Shown in pieces: positions 24,386 through 35,600 of a DNA stretch of 64,000 nt. The position numbers were made by a program, and so were the translations under genes. The notes below the pieces were generated by a model. The model was not told where the DNA came from. It worked only from the letters and a program-made list of their open reading frames with translations, and searched no databases. The stretch is from Leptogorgia sarmentosa (lineage: Eukaryota), in contig OZ210885.1 in the NCBI GenBank assembly GCA_964658305.1, forward strand, positions 14,632,001-14,696,000, given 5' to 3'. Within the stretch, counting starts at the first letter, position 1. Each line of letters starts with the position of its first letter.

Positions 24386-25641
24386 ATGCGTGCTGTTTTC
24401 TGCTTAAACTTAATAGTAGTTATACTAATCATTTTAATCTTGGAAACTGTGGCCGTGTTACCTCCGTACACACCGGCTGTACGGGAGAATGAAGACGCAC
24501 ATGAGATTATTACAAATTACTTTAATCAGGGATACAATAACTACGAAATTTTAGCGTTTCTCTCATTGCTGCACGGGTTTTCAAACGTTGGCTCAAACGA
24601 CTTCATCTTAAAAGAGCTAGTCAAATGAACGAAGCATTGTTAGAGGATATTGTGACGGCGGTTTTAATGGAAATGGAAAGATCTGTCGGTTCATTCGTGG
24701 GATATCGTGAAATGACCAAGCGACTACGGATGAAACACAAGTTGATTGTGAGGCGAGATACAATAATGCGGGCAATGAGAGTAATTGATCCAAACGGAGT
24801 TGAAGCAAGAAAACAAAGGAGACTGAAGCGGCGTAAGTATAATACCCCAGGGCCAAACTTCTTGTGGCACATTGATGGATGGGATAAACTGAAACCCTAT
24901 GGTTTTTCTGTTCATGCATGTATCGATGGATTTTCGCGTCGGCTCCTCTGGCTCGAGGTATCAACAACGAACAAAGATCCAAATGTTACTGTAGAGTACT
25001 TTCTTAGCACTGTCCAGCAACTAGGTGGAGTTCCGAGGTTAGTTCGAACGGACAAAGGAACTGAGAATATTTGGATTGCTGTAATGCAGAAGCTACTATG
25101 CATGGATCAAAATGATGATCTCGCTGGTCATAAAAGTTTTATCGAGGGCAGGAGTACTGCTAATCAAAGAATTGAGGCATATTGGTCGAAACTAAGGGTA
25201 GGAGGTGGTGGGTGGTGGATGAATTTCTTCAAAGATCTCCGGGATTCGGGTGTGTACGCAGATCATGATCCTCTTCATCAGGAGTGCCTGAAATTTTGTT
25301 TTATGAGTGTTTTGCGCAAGGAACTTTACTCGATTGCAGAAATGTGGAATGTCAAAGATATCCAAGTCAAGAAAAATGGTCAACTTCATGGTGGAAAACC
25401 AGACGTGATGTATTTTTTGCCTAATGTATATGGTAAAGACAACTATCTTGTTCCTACCAATGAAGACGATGTTGAAGCTTGTCGGGTTTTGTATGGAGAA
25501 ACACGCCGCGATTATTCTATTAAATTTGAAACCCTTGCAAACCATCTTATTCCCGATGCGCCCGTTCCTGAAAACACAGACCAAGGTTTGGAATTGTTTA
25601 ACCGTATAATTCAGCAGGTGAAGGACTTAGAAGATGGATAA
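24386..25641 (+). pseudogene. DDE transposase / integrase-core protein, frameshifted near 24580 (C-terminal 338-aa ORF 24625-25641 open)
   Basis: Motifs GPNFLWHIDGWDKLKPYGF, CIDGFSR, VRTDKGTEN and STANQRIEAYW give a D...D(40)E triad. The upstream frame from ATG 24386 encodes YFNQGYNNYEILAFLSLLHG (HTH-like start). This continues naturally as FKRWLKRLHLKR in the -1 frame, which is in frame with 24625. Confidence 0.82.
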
Positions 25642-26191
25642 ACTGTGCGTGCTTATCGAAAATATTACGATTTTATTTTTTCTTACACGTGCTATTACAC
25701 TGTAATCACTTTAGTGTTGAGTGCTCTGCTTATACGTTTATGACAAAAAGTCGATTGTACTGTATTCAGAAGTCGATGAGAAACACACAGCACAACGATT
25801 AGTAAAATTTAGTTTAATAACAACAGAAAATATCAACGTTAACGAACTTATTACATGTAAATGTATGTCAAATTACAACTACCTATTAACGGAGTGTTAT
25901 AGCAAAAGAGTTCCGAATGCACTGTAATTACTACAAAAGGTTATGAGTAATTTAAATTTGGAAAGGATATGCTGTTGTTAGGGCCGCCCTGTATGGTACG
26001 AAACAACTGTATGTAATGCATCGAACCTGAATGGTTCACAAATTTAATGTGGAAACAAGGTTATCGTGCATCAGGATATACAATTTTTATCCAAAGAAAA
26101 TCACAACCACCAAACTGATGCTGATGAAAACGTTCAGGATAACGCAACCAGAAAGCTATAAACCGACCAAAAAAACTATGTGAGCGGTGGA

Positions 26192-27784
26192 CTACCATTC
26201 ACTCTGCAATAGTTGTAAAGCAGTTGGCCTATCCGCCAGGTTATATTTTAGACATAAACTGATGTTCGACTTGGCTTTTGACTTCAGTTTTACAAGAGTG
26301 TAAGGTAATAAAGAAGACCTCTGCGCTAGAACTAGCTTTTCTATTTCGGAATCAGCCTTGAAATCTTTAACTACTGCATCCCATGCATCGTCGTACGTAA
26401 GAAATTCCAAAAGCGTGATTCCCAATGACCAAATGTCACTAAATTGAACAGGCTTCTGCTTATCCAAAAGACATTCCGGTGCCATGTAAGATGGCGTCCC
26501 TTCTAGAATGGAATTTGCACTAACTTGTTGGCTTACCAAGCTCATTGACGCATGTTGCCGCAAACGTCCAAGACCGAAGTCACATAGTTTTGCTACGTTA
26601 AGATTTGATGACACAAGTATATTAGCTGGTTTAATGTCACAAGTATATTAGCTGGTTTAATGTCACCATGCACCACTCCAACTTCGTGTAAATAAGCTAA
26701 TCCTTTCAATATATCCTCAATTAATCCCTGTGCCCTTTCCACTTCCTTTTCATCATCTATAATATCTTGAAGAGAGTATCCAGCAACAAACTCAGTGACG
26801 ATCAGAACATCTTTTTTCTTTATTGATATTCCCATGAACGTGACTATGTTTGGGTGACGAAGCCTGCTGTGTATCATTGTTTCCCTCTCTATAGCCTTAC
26901 TTACGCTTGCACCCCGTCGTATCTGTTTAACAGCGACATCTGTACACAACCAACTAGCACGGTACACTTTACCAAAAGATCCCATGCCAACAGGGTCTTT
27001 CCAATTGACTTCGAGCTTTTCAAGTGGAATTTCAAGAAGGTTTAATGGTTGTTGTTGATCAGATGAAGTGGCAACATTCGACCTAAAATTTAAAATAGTA
27101 ATATAAAGCATGGAAATGATTCGTAATTCTTCATAATTATATCACAATTATAATAATCAATATCCATTTATTGATATAATCAATGGTGCATAAAATGATC
27201 TGTTCGACTGGAAAATACTCTATTGATCGGCGACAGTAGATTGTAAAATTGTACATAATGAAAACCATGTACAACATATGAAACCAATCCAAAGTTAGGT
27301 CTGTTTTATGTCTAATTTCACTCGCGTTGAAAGCAATCAACACAGTAGATAACAAGGCTTAATAAAGGCATTTGACGCAACCAAAATTTCTCAGAAAGGT
27401 TGCCAAATATACATTATTGTACCAGCAATGTTTGCACGTTTTTCATGATAAAATTTACTTGTTGTATTTTCACCTTGCAAAAATGGCACACATACCTTAA
27501 ACAATCTCGCTTTAATACTTGAACAGAATTCGAGGTGAGCTTAATATCTCCATAATCAATTTCACAGTGATATAGTCCAGGAGACGTTATTCGTATAACA
27601 CAATGGGAGGAACCATCTGCACACACTTCATCATTCATGAACCATGTATAATTCACTCCAACCTCATTATGAAAATTGGTTACAACAGCAACAAAAAGAT
27701 TATTGTCCAAATCATATCCATGAAGTTCATTTGGTTCATGCAGGATCAATGGCTGGTCTGTTTCTTGAAAGTCATGCATAGGAA
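26192..27784 (-). pseudogene. Two-exon 3' part of an Ig-like-domain + Ser/Thr (TKL/MAP3K-like) protein kinase gene, frameshifted and 5'-truncated
   Basis: Kinase exon 27082-26192 has GMGSFGKV, VAVK, HGDIKPANIL, DFG, GTPSYMAPE, SDIWSLG and RPTA. Ig-like exon ~27784-27496 has YTWF and PGLYHCEI. A 26-bp tandem duplication at 26612-26663 splits the kinase frame. Confidence 0.88.
27083..27495 (-). other. GT-AG intron (413 bp, phase 2) joining the Ig-like and kinase exons
   Basis: Donor TTAAG|GTATGT at 27496/27495 and acceptor TTTTAAATTTTAG|G at 27083/27082. Both are phase 2, and splicing gives ...RDCLRSNVATSS... in frame. Confidence 0.8.
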
Positions 27785-27817
27785 AACCGGTATTTTCCTA
27801 CTGGTATGGTCGTAGAC
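27785..27817 (-). pseudogene. Terminal truncated 5S copy (first ~33 nt only), fused to the Ig-kinase exon
   Basis: aaccggtattttcctactggtatggtcgtagac matches 5S nt 1-33. The sequence to its left is unique coding sequence. Confidence 0.88.
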
Positions 27818-27923
27818 ATTTGTTGATGGAAGTTACACTTTTTAAACGTGTAACAATAACAAAACCCTGAAGTTGAAATTGAAAGCAAACCTATTTACAA
27901 ACACACATACAACAAAATGAAGC

Positions 27924-28043
27924 AAGTCTACAACACAAAGTATTCCCAGGTAGTCACCCATCCAAGCACTAACTTTGCCCACCTAGGCTTAACTTAGGTG
28001 ATCAGACGAGAACCGGTATTTTCCTACTGGTATGGTCGTAGAC
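27924..28043 (-). rRNA. 5S rRNA: First full-length 5S rRNA gene copy (representative)
   Basis: 120-nt match to the array consensus, with a few private substitutions. Confidence 0.9.
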
Positions 28044-29509
28044 ATATGTTGATGGAAGTTACACTTTTTAAACGTGTAACAATAACAAAACCCTGAAGTT
28101 GAAATTGAAAGCAAACCTATTTACAAACACACATACAATAAAATGAAGCAAGTCTACAACACAAAGTATTCCCAGGTAGTCACCCATCCAAGTACTAACT
28201 TTGCCCACCTAGGCTTAACTTCGGTGATCAGATGAGAACCGGTATTTTCCTACTGGTATGGTCGTAGACATTTGTTGATGAAAGTTACACTTTTTAAACA
28301 TGTAACAATAACAAAACCCTGAAGTTGAAATTGAAAGCAAACCTATTTACAAACACACATACAATAAAATGAAGCAAGTCTACAACACAAAGTATTCCCA
28401 GGTGGTCACCCATCCAACTACTAACTTTGCCCACCTAGGCTTAACTTCGGTGATCAGACGAGAACCGGTATTTTCCTACTGGTATGGTCGTAGACATTTG
28501 TTGATGGAAGTAACACTTTTTAAACGTGTAACAATAACAAAACCCTGAAGTTGAAATTGAAAGCAAACCTATTTACAAACACACATACAATAAAATGAAG
28601 CAAGTCTACAACACAAAGTATTCCCAGGTGGTCACCCATCCAAGTACTAACTTTGCCCACCTAGGCTTAACTTCGGTGATCAGACGAGAACTAACTTTTC
28701 CCACATAGGCCTAACTTCGGTGATCAGACGAGAACCGGTATTTTCCTACTGGTATGGTCGTAGACATTTGTTGATGGAAGTTACACTTTTTAAACGTGTA
28801 ACAATAACAAAACTTTGAAGTTGTAATTGAAAGCAAACCTATTTACAAACACACATACAATAAAATGAAGGAAGTCTACAACACAAAGTATTCCCAGGTG
28901 GTCACCCATCCAAGTACTAACTTTTCCCACCTAGGCCTAACTTCGGTGATCAGACGAGAACCGGTATTTTCCTACTCGTATGGTCGTAGACATTTGTTGA
29001 TGGAAGTTACACTTTTTAAACGTGTAACAATAGCAAAACCCTGAAGTTGAAATTGAAAGGAATTATATTTACAAACACACATACAATAAAATGAAGCAAG
29101 TCTACAACACAAAGTATTCCCAGGTAGTCACCCATCCAAGTACTAACTTTGCCCACCTAGGCTTAACTTCGGTGATCAGACGAGAACCGGTATTTCCCTA
29201 CTGGTATCATCGTAGACATTTGTTGATGGAAGTAACATTTTTAAACGTGTAACAATAACAAAACCCTGAAATTGAAATTGAAAGCAAACCTATTTACAAA
29301 CACACATACAATAAAATGAAGCAAGTCTACAACACAAAGTATTCCCAGGTGGTCACCCATCCAACTACTAACTTTGCCCACCTAGGCTTAACTTCGGTGA
29401 TTAGACGAGAACCGGTATTTTCCTACTGGTATGGTCGTGGACATTTGTTGATGGAAGTTACACTTTTTAAACGTGTAACAATAACAAAACCCTGAAGTTG
29501 AAATTGAAA

Positions 29510-29612
29510 GGAATTATATTTACAAATAGGCATTAAATAACATTTAGCAAAACAACAATACAAAGTATTTCCAGATGTAGCAATAACAAAATCCCTGAAG
29601 TTTACATTGAAA
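29510..29612 (-). pseudogene. 103-bp insert defining the 329-bp unit: decayed spacer + 5S 3'-end relic (representative copy)
   Basis: taggcattaaataacatttagcaaaacaacaatacaaagtatttccagatgtag aligns with the normal cacacatacaataaaatgaagcaagtctacaacacaaagtattcccaggtag. It is followed by a second copy of caataacaaaa(t)ccctgaagtt..attgaaa. Confidence 0.85.
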
Positions 29613-32600
29613 GCAAACCTATTTACAAACACACATACAATAAAATGAAGCAAGTCTACAACACAAAGTATTCCCAGGTAGTCACCCATCCAAGTACTAA
29701 CTTTGCCCACCTAGGCTTAACTTCGGTGATCAGACGAGAACCGGTATTTTCCTACTGGTATCATCGTAGACATTTGTTGATGGAAGTAACACTTTTTAAA
29801 CGTGTAACAATAACAAAACCCTGAAATTGAAATTGAAAGCAAACCTATTTACAAACACACATACAATAAAATGAAGCAAGTCTACAACACAAAGTATTCC
29901 CAGGTGGTCACCCATCCAACTACTAACTTTGCCCACCTAGGCTTAACTTCGGTGATTAGACGAGAACCGGTATTTTCCTACTGGTATGGTCGTGGACATT
30001 TGTTGATGGAAGTTACACTTTTTAAACGTGTAACAATAACAAAACCCTGAAGTTGAAATTGAAAGGAATTATATTTACAAATAGGCATTAAATAACATTT
30101 AGCAAAACAACAATACAAAGTATTTCCAGATGTAGCAATAACAAAATCCCTGAAGTTTACATTGAAAGCAAACCTATTTACAAACACACATACAATAAAA
30201 TGAAGCAAGTCTACAACACAAAGTATTCCCAGGTGGTCACCCATCCAAGTACTAACTTTTCCCACCTAGGCTTGACTTCGGTGATCAGACAAGAACCGGT
30301 ATTTTCCTACTGGTATGGTCGTAGACATTTGTTGATCCAGGTTACACTTTTTAAACGTGTAACAATAACAAAACCCTGAAGTTGAAATTGAAAGCAAACC
30401 TATTTACAAACACACATACAATAAAATGAAGCAAGTCTACAACACAAAGTATTCCCAGGTGGTCACCCATCCAAGTACTAACTTTTCCCACCTAGGCCTA
30501 ACTTCGGTGATCAGACGAGAACCGGTATTTTCCTACTGGTATGGTCGTAGACATTTGTTGATGGAAGTTACACTTTTTAAACGTGTAACAATAACAAAAC
30601 CCTGAAGTTGAAATTGAAAGCAAACCTATTTACAAACACACATACAATAAAATGAAGCAAGTCTACAACACAAAGTATTCCCAGGTAGTCACCCATCCAA
30701 GTACTAACTGTGCCCACCTAGGCTTAACTTCGGTGATCAGACGAGAACCGGTATTTTCCTACTGGTATGGTCGTAGACATTTGTTGATGGAAGTTACACT
30801 TTTTAAATGTGTAACAATAACAAAACCCTGAAGTTGAAATTGAAAGCAAACCTACTTACAAACACACATACAACAAAATGAAGCAAGTCTACAACACAAG
30901 GTATTCCCAGGTGGTCACCCATCCAAGTACTAACTTTGCCCACCTAGGCTTAACTTCGGTGATCAGACGAGAACCGGTATTTTCCTACTGGTATGGTCGT
31001 AGACATTTGTTGATCGAAGTTAAACTTTTTAAACGTGTAACAATAACAAAACCCTGAAGTTGAAATTGAAAGCAAACCTATTTACAAACACACATACAAT
31101 AAAATGAAGCAAGTCTACAACACAAAGTATTCCCAGTTGGTCACCCATCCAAGTACTAACTTTTCCCACCTAGGCTTAACTTTGGTGATCAGACGTGAAC
31201 CGGTATTTTCCTACTGGTATGGTCGTAGACATTTGTTGATGGAAGTAACACTTTTTAAACGTGTAACAATAACAAAACCCTGAAGTTGAAATTGAAAGCA
31301 AACCTATTTACAAACACACATACAATAAAATGAAGGAAGTCTACAACACAAAGTATTCCCAGGTAGTCACCCATCCAAGTACTAACTTTGCCCACCTAGG
31401 CTTAACTTCGGTGATCAGACGAGAACCGGTATTTTCCTACTGGTATGGTCGTAGACATTTGTTGATGGAAGTTACACTTTTTAAACGTGTAACAATAACA
31501 AAACCCTGAAGTTGAAATTGAAAGCAAACCTACTTACAAACACACATACAACAAAATGAAGCAAGTCTACAACACAAAGTATTCCCAGGTGGTCACCCAT
31601 CCAACTACTAACGTTGCCCACCTAGGCTTAACTTCGGTGATCAGACGAGAACCGGTATTTTCCTACTGGTATGGTCGTAGACATTTGTTGATGGAAGTTA
31701 CACTTTTTAAACGTGTAACAATAACAAAACCCTGAAGTTGAAATTGAAAGCAAACCTATTTACAAACACACATACAATAAAATGAAGCAAGTCTACAACA
31801 CAAAGTATTCCTAGGTAGTCACCCATCCAAGTACTAACTTTGCCCACCTAGGCTTAACTTCGGTGATCAGACGAGAACCGGTATTTTCCTACTGGTATGG
31901 TCGTAGACATTTGTTGATGGAAGTTACACTTTTTAAACGTGTAACAATAACAAAACCCTGAAGTTGAAATTGAAAGCAAACCTATTTACAAACACACATA
32001 CAATAAAACGAAGCAAGTCTACAACACAAAGTATTCCCAGGTAGTCACCCATCCAAGTACTAACTTTGCCCACCTAGGCTTAACTTCGGTGATCAGACGA
32101 GAACCGGTATTTTCCTACTGGTATGGTCGTAGACATTTGTTGATGGAAGTTACACTTTTTAAACGTGTAACAATAACAAAACCCTGAAGTTGAAATTGAA
32201 AGCAAACCTATTTAAAAACACACATACAATAAAACGAACCAAGTCTACAACACAAAGTATTCCCAGGTGGTCACCCATCCAAGTACTAACTTTTCCCACC
32301 TAGGCTTAACTTCGGTGATCAGACGAGAACCGGTATTTTCCTACTGGTATGGTCGTAGACATTTGTTGATGGAAGTTACACTTTTTAAACGTGTAACAAT
32401 AACAAAACCCTGAAGTTGAAATTGAAAGGAATTATATTTACAAATAGGCATTAAATAACATTTAGCAAAACAACAATACAAAGTATTTCCAGATGTAGCA
32501 ATAACAAAATCCCTGAAGTTTACATTGAAAGCAAACCTATTTACAAACACACATACAATAAAATGAAGCAAGTCTACAACACAAAGTATTCCCAGGTAGT

Positions 32601-35600
32601 CACCCATCCAAGTACTAACTTTGCCCACCTAGGCTTAACTTCGGTGATCAGACGAGAACCGGTATTTTCCTACTGGTATCATCGTAGACATTTGTTGATG
32701 GAAGTAACACTTTTTAAACGTGTAACAATAACAAAACCCTGAAATTGAAATTGAAAGCAAACCTATTTACAAACACAGATACAATAAAATGAAGCAAGTC
32801 TACAACACAAAGTATTCCCAGGTGGTCACCCATCCAACTACTAACTTTGCCCACCTAGGCTTAACTTCGGTGATTAGACGAGAACCGGTATTTTCCTACT
32901 GGTATGGTCGTGGACATTTGTTGATGGAAGTTACACTTTTTAAACGTGTAACAATAACAAAACCCTGAAGTTGAAATTGAAAGGAATTATATTTACAAAC
33001 ACACATACAATAAAATGAAGCAAGTCTACAACACAAAGTATTCCCAGGTAGTCACCCATCCAAGTACTAACTTTTCCCACCTAGGCTTAACTTCAGTGAT
33101 CAGACGAGAACCGGTATTTTCCTACTGGTATGGTCGTAGACATTTGTTGATGGAAGTTACACTTTTTAAACGTGTAACAATAACAAAACCCTGAAGTTGA
33201 AATTCAAAGCAAACCTATTTAAAAACACACATACAATAAAATGAAGCAAATCTACAACACAAAGTATTCCCAGGTGGTCACCCATCCAAGTACTAACTTT
33301 TCCCACCTAGGCTTAACTTCGGTGATCAGACGAGAACCGGTATTTTCCTACTCGTATGGTCGTAGACATTTGTTGATGGAAGTAACACTTTTTAAACGTG
33401 TAACAATAACAAAACCCTGAAGTTGAAATTGAAAGCAAACCTATTTACAAACACACATACAATAAAATGAAGCAAGTCTACAACACAAAGTATTCCCAGG
33501 TGGTCACCCATCCAACTACTAACTTTGCCCACCTCGGCTTAACTTCGGTAATCAGACGAGAACCGGTATTTTCCTACTCGTACGGTCGTAGACATTTGTT
33601 GATGGAAGTTATACTTTTTAAACGAGTAACAATAACAAAACACTGAAGTTGAAATTGAAAGGAATTATATTTACAAATAGGCATTAAATAACATTTAGCA
33701 AAACAACAATACAAAGTATTTCCAGATATAGCAATAACAAAATCCCTGAAGTTTACATTGAAAGCAAACCTATTTACAAACACACATACAATAAAATGAA
33801 GCAAGTCTACAACACAAAGTATTCCCAGGTGGTCACCCATCCAAGTACTAACTCTGCCCACCTAGGCTTAACTTCGGTGATCAGACGAGAACCGGTATTT
33901 TCCTACTGGTATCGTCGTAGACATTTGTTGATGGAAGTTACACTTTTTAAATGTGTAACAATAACAAAACCCTGAAGTTGAAATTGAAAGCAAACCTACT
34001 TACAAACACACATACAACAAAATGAAGCAAGTCTACAACACAAAGTATTCCCAGGTGGTCACCCATCCAAGTACTAACTTTGCCCACCTAGGCTTAACTT
34101 CGGTGATCAGACGAGAACCGGTATTTTCCTACTGGTATGGTCGTAGACATTTGTTGATGGAAGTTACACTTTTTAAACGTGTAACAATAACAAAACCCTG
34201 AAGTTGAAATTGAAAGCAAACCTATTTACAAACACACATACAATAAAACGAAGCAAGTCTACAACACAAAGTATTCCCAGGTAGTCACCCATCCAAGTAC
34301 TAACTTTGCCCACCTAGGCTTAACTTCGGTGATCAGACGAGAACCGGTATTTTCCTACTGGTATGGTCGTAGACATTTGTTGATGGAAGTTACACTTTTT
34401 AAACGTGTAACAATAACAAAACCCTGAAGTTGAAATTGAAAGCAAACCTATTTAAAAACACACATACAATAAAACGAACCAAGTCTACAACACAAAGTAT
34501 TCCCAGGTGGTCACCCATCCAAGTACTAACTTTTCCCACCTAGGCTTAACTTCGGTGATCAGACGAGAACCGGTATTTTCCTACTGGTATGGTCGTAGGC
34601 ATTTGTTGATGGAAGTTACACTTTTTAAACGTGTAACAATAACAAAACCCTGAAGTTGAAATTGAAAGGAATTATATTTACAAACACACATACAATAAAA
34701 TGAAGCAAGTCTACAACACAAAGTATTCCCAGGTAGTCACCCATCCAAGTACTAACTTTTCCCACCTAGGCTTAACTTCAGTGATCAGACGAGAACCGGT
34801 ATTTTCCTACTGGTATGGTCGTAGACATTTGTTGATGGAAGTTACACTTTTTAAACGTGTAACAATAACAAAACCCTGAAGTTGAAATTCAAAGCAAACC
34901 TATTTAAAAACACACATACAATAAAATGAAGCAAATCTACAACACAAAGTATTCCCAGGTGGTCACCCATCCAAGTACTAACTTTTCCCACCTAGGCTTA
35001 ACTTCGGTGATCAGACGAGAACCGGTATTTTCCTACTCGTATGGTCGTAGACATTTGTTGATGGAAGTAACACTTTTTAAACGTGTAACAATAACAAAAC
35101 CCTGAAGTTGAAATTGAAAGCAAACCTATTTACAAACACACATACAATAAAATGAAGCAAGTCTACAACACAAAGTATTCCCAGGTGGTCACCCATCCAA
35201 CTACTAACTTTGCCCACCTCGGCTTAACTTCGGTAATCAGACGAGAACCGGTATTTTCCTACTCGTACGGTCGTAGACATTTGTTGATGGAAGTTATACT
35301 TTTTAAACGTGTAACAATAACAAAACACTGAAGTTGAAATTGAAAGGAATTATATTTACAAATAGGCATTAAATAACATTTAGCAAAACAACAATACAAA
35401 GTATTTCCAGATATAGCAATAACAAAATCCCTGAAGTTTACATTGAAAGCAAACCTATTTACAAACACACATACAATAAAATGAAGCAAGTCTACAACAC
35501 AAAGTATTCCCAGGTGGTCACCCATCCAAGTACTAACTCTGCCCACCTAGGCTTAACTTCGGTGATCAGACGAGAACCGGTATTTTCCTACTGGTATGGT

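Larger units (their letters stand above)
23892..27784 (+). mobile_element. Truncated DNA transposon, IS3EU-like (left end + transposase + candidate cargo gene; right end missing)
   Basis: Sharp break from the satellite into TACGATGGCCGACGGGGGCC, followed by subterminal heptamer arrays and then an integrase-core DDE ORF with no RT or gag. The superfamily call rests on my recollection that IS3EU elements have TAY termini and this transposase type. Inclusion of the kinase in the element is inferred. Confidence 0.62.

Noticed and set aside
24001..24492. Repetitive ORFs on both strands (SEFCVPSSVFRVLC / RTRNTELGTQNSEH)
   Set aside because: They are translations of the stop-free 14-bp minisatellite. 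Only the part from ATG 24386 looks protein-like.
24617..27815. Small ORFs overlapping the transposase, intergenic region, intron and kinase (e.g. 25721-25927, 27137-27355)
   Set aside because: They are antisense shadows or AT-rich intron/UTR ORFs without motifs.
27780..27820. 5S-specific targeted insertion of the transposon
   Set aside because: This side has no terminus, TSD or remaining 3' part of the 5S gene. The junction is inside a coding exon, which fits a rearrangement better.
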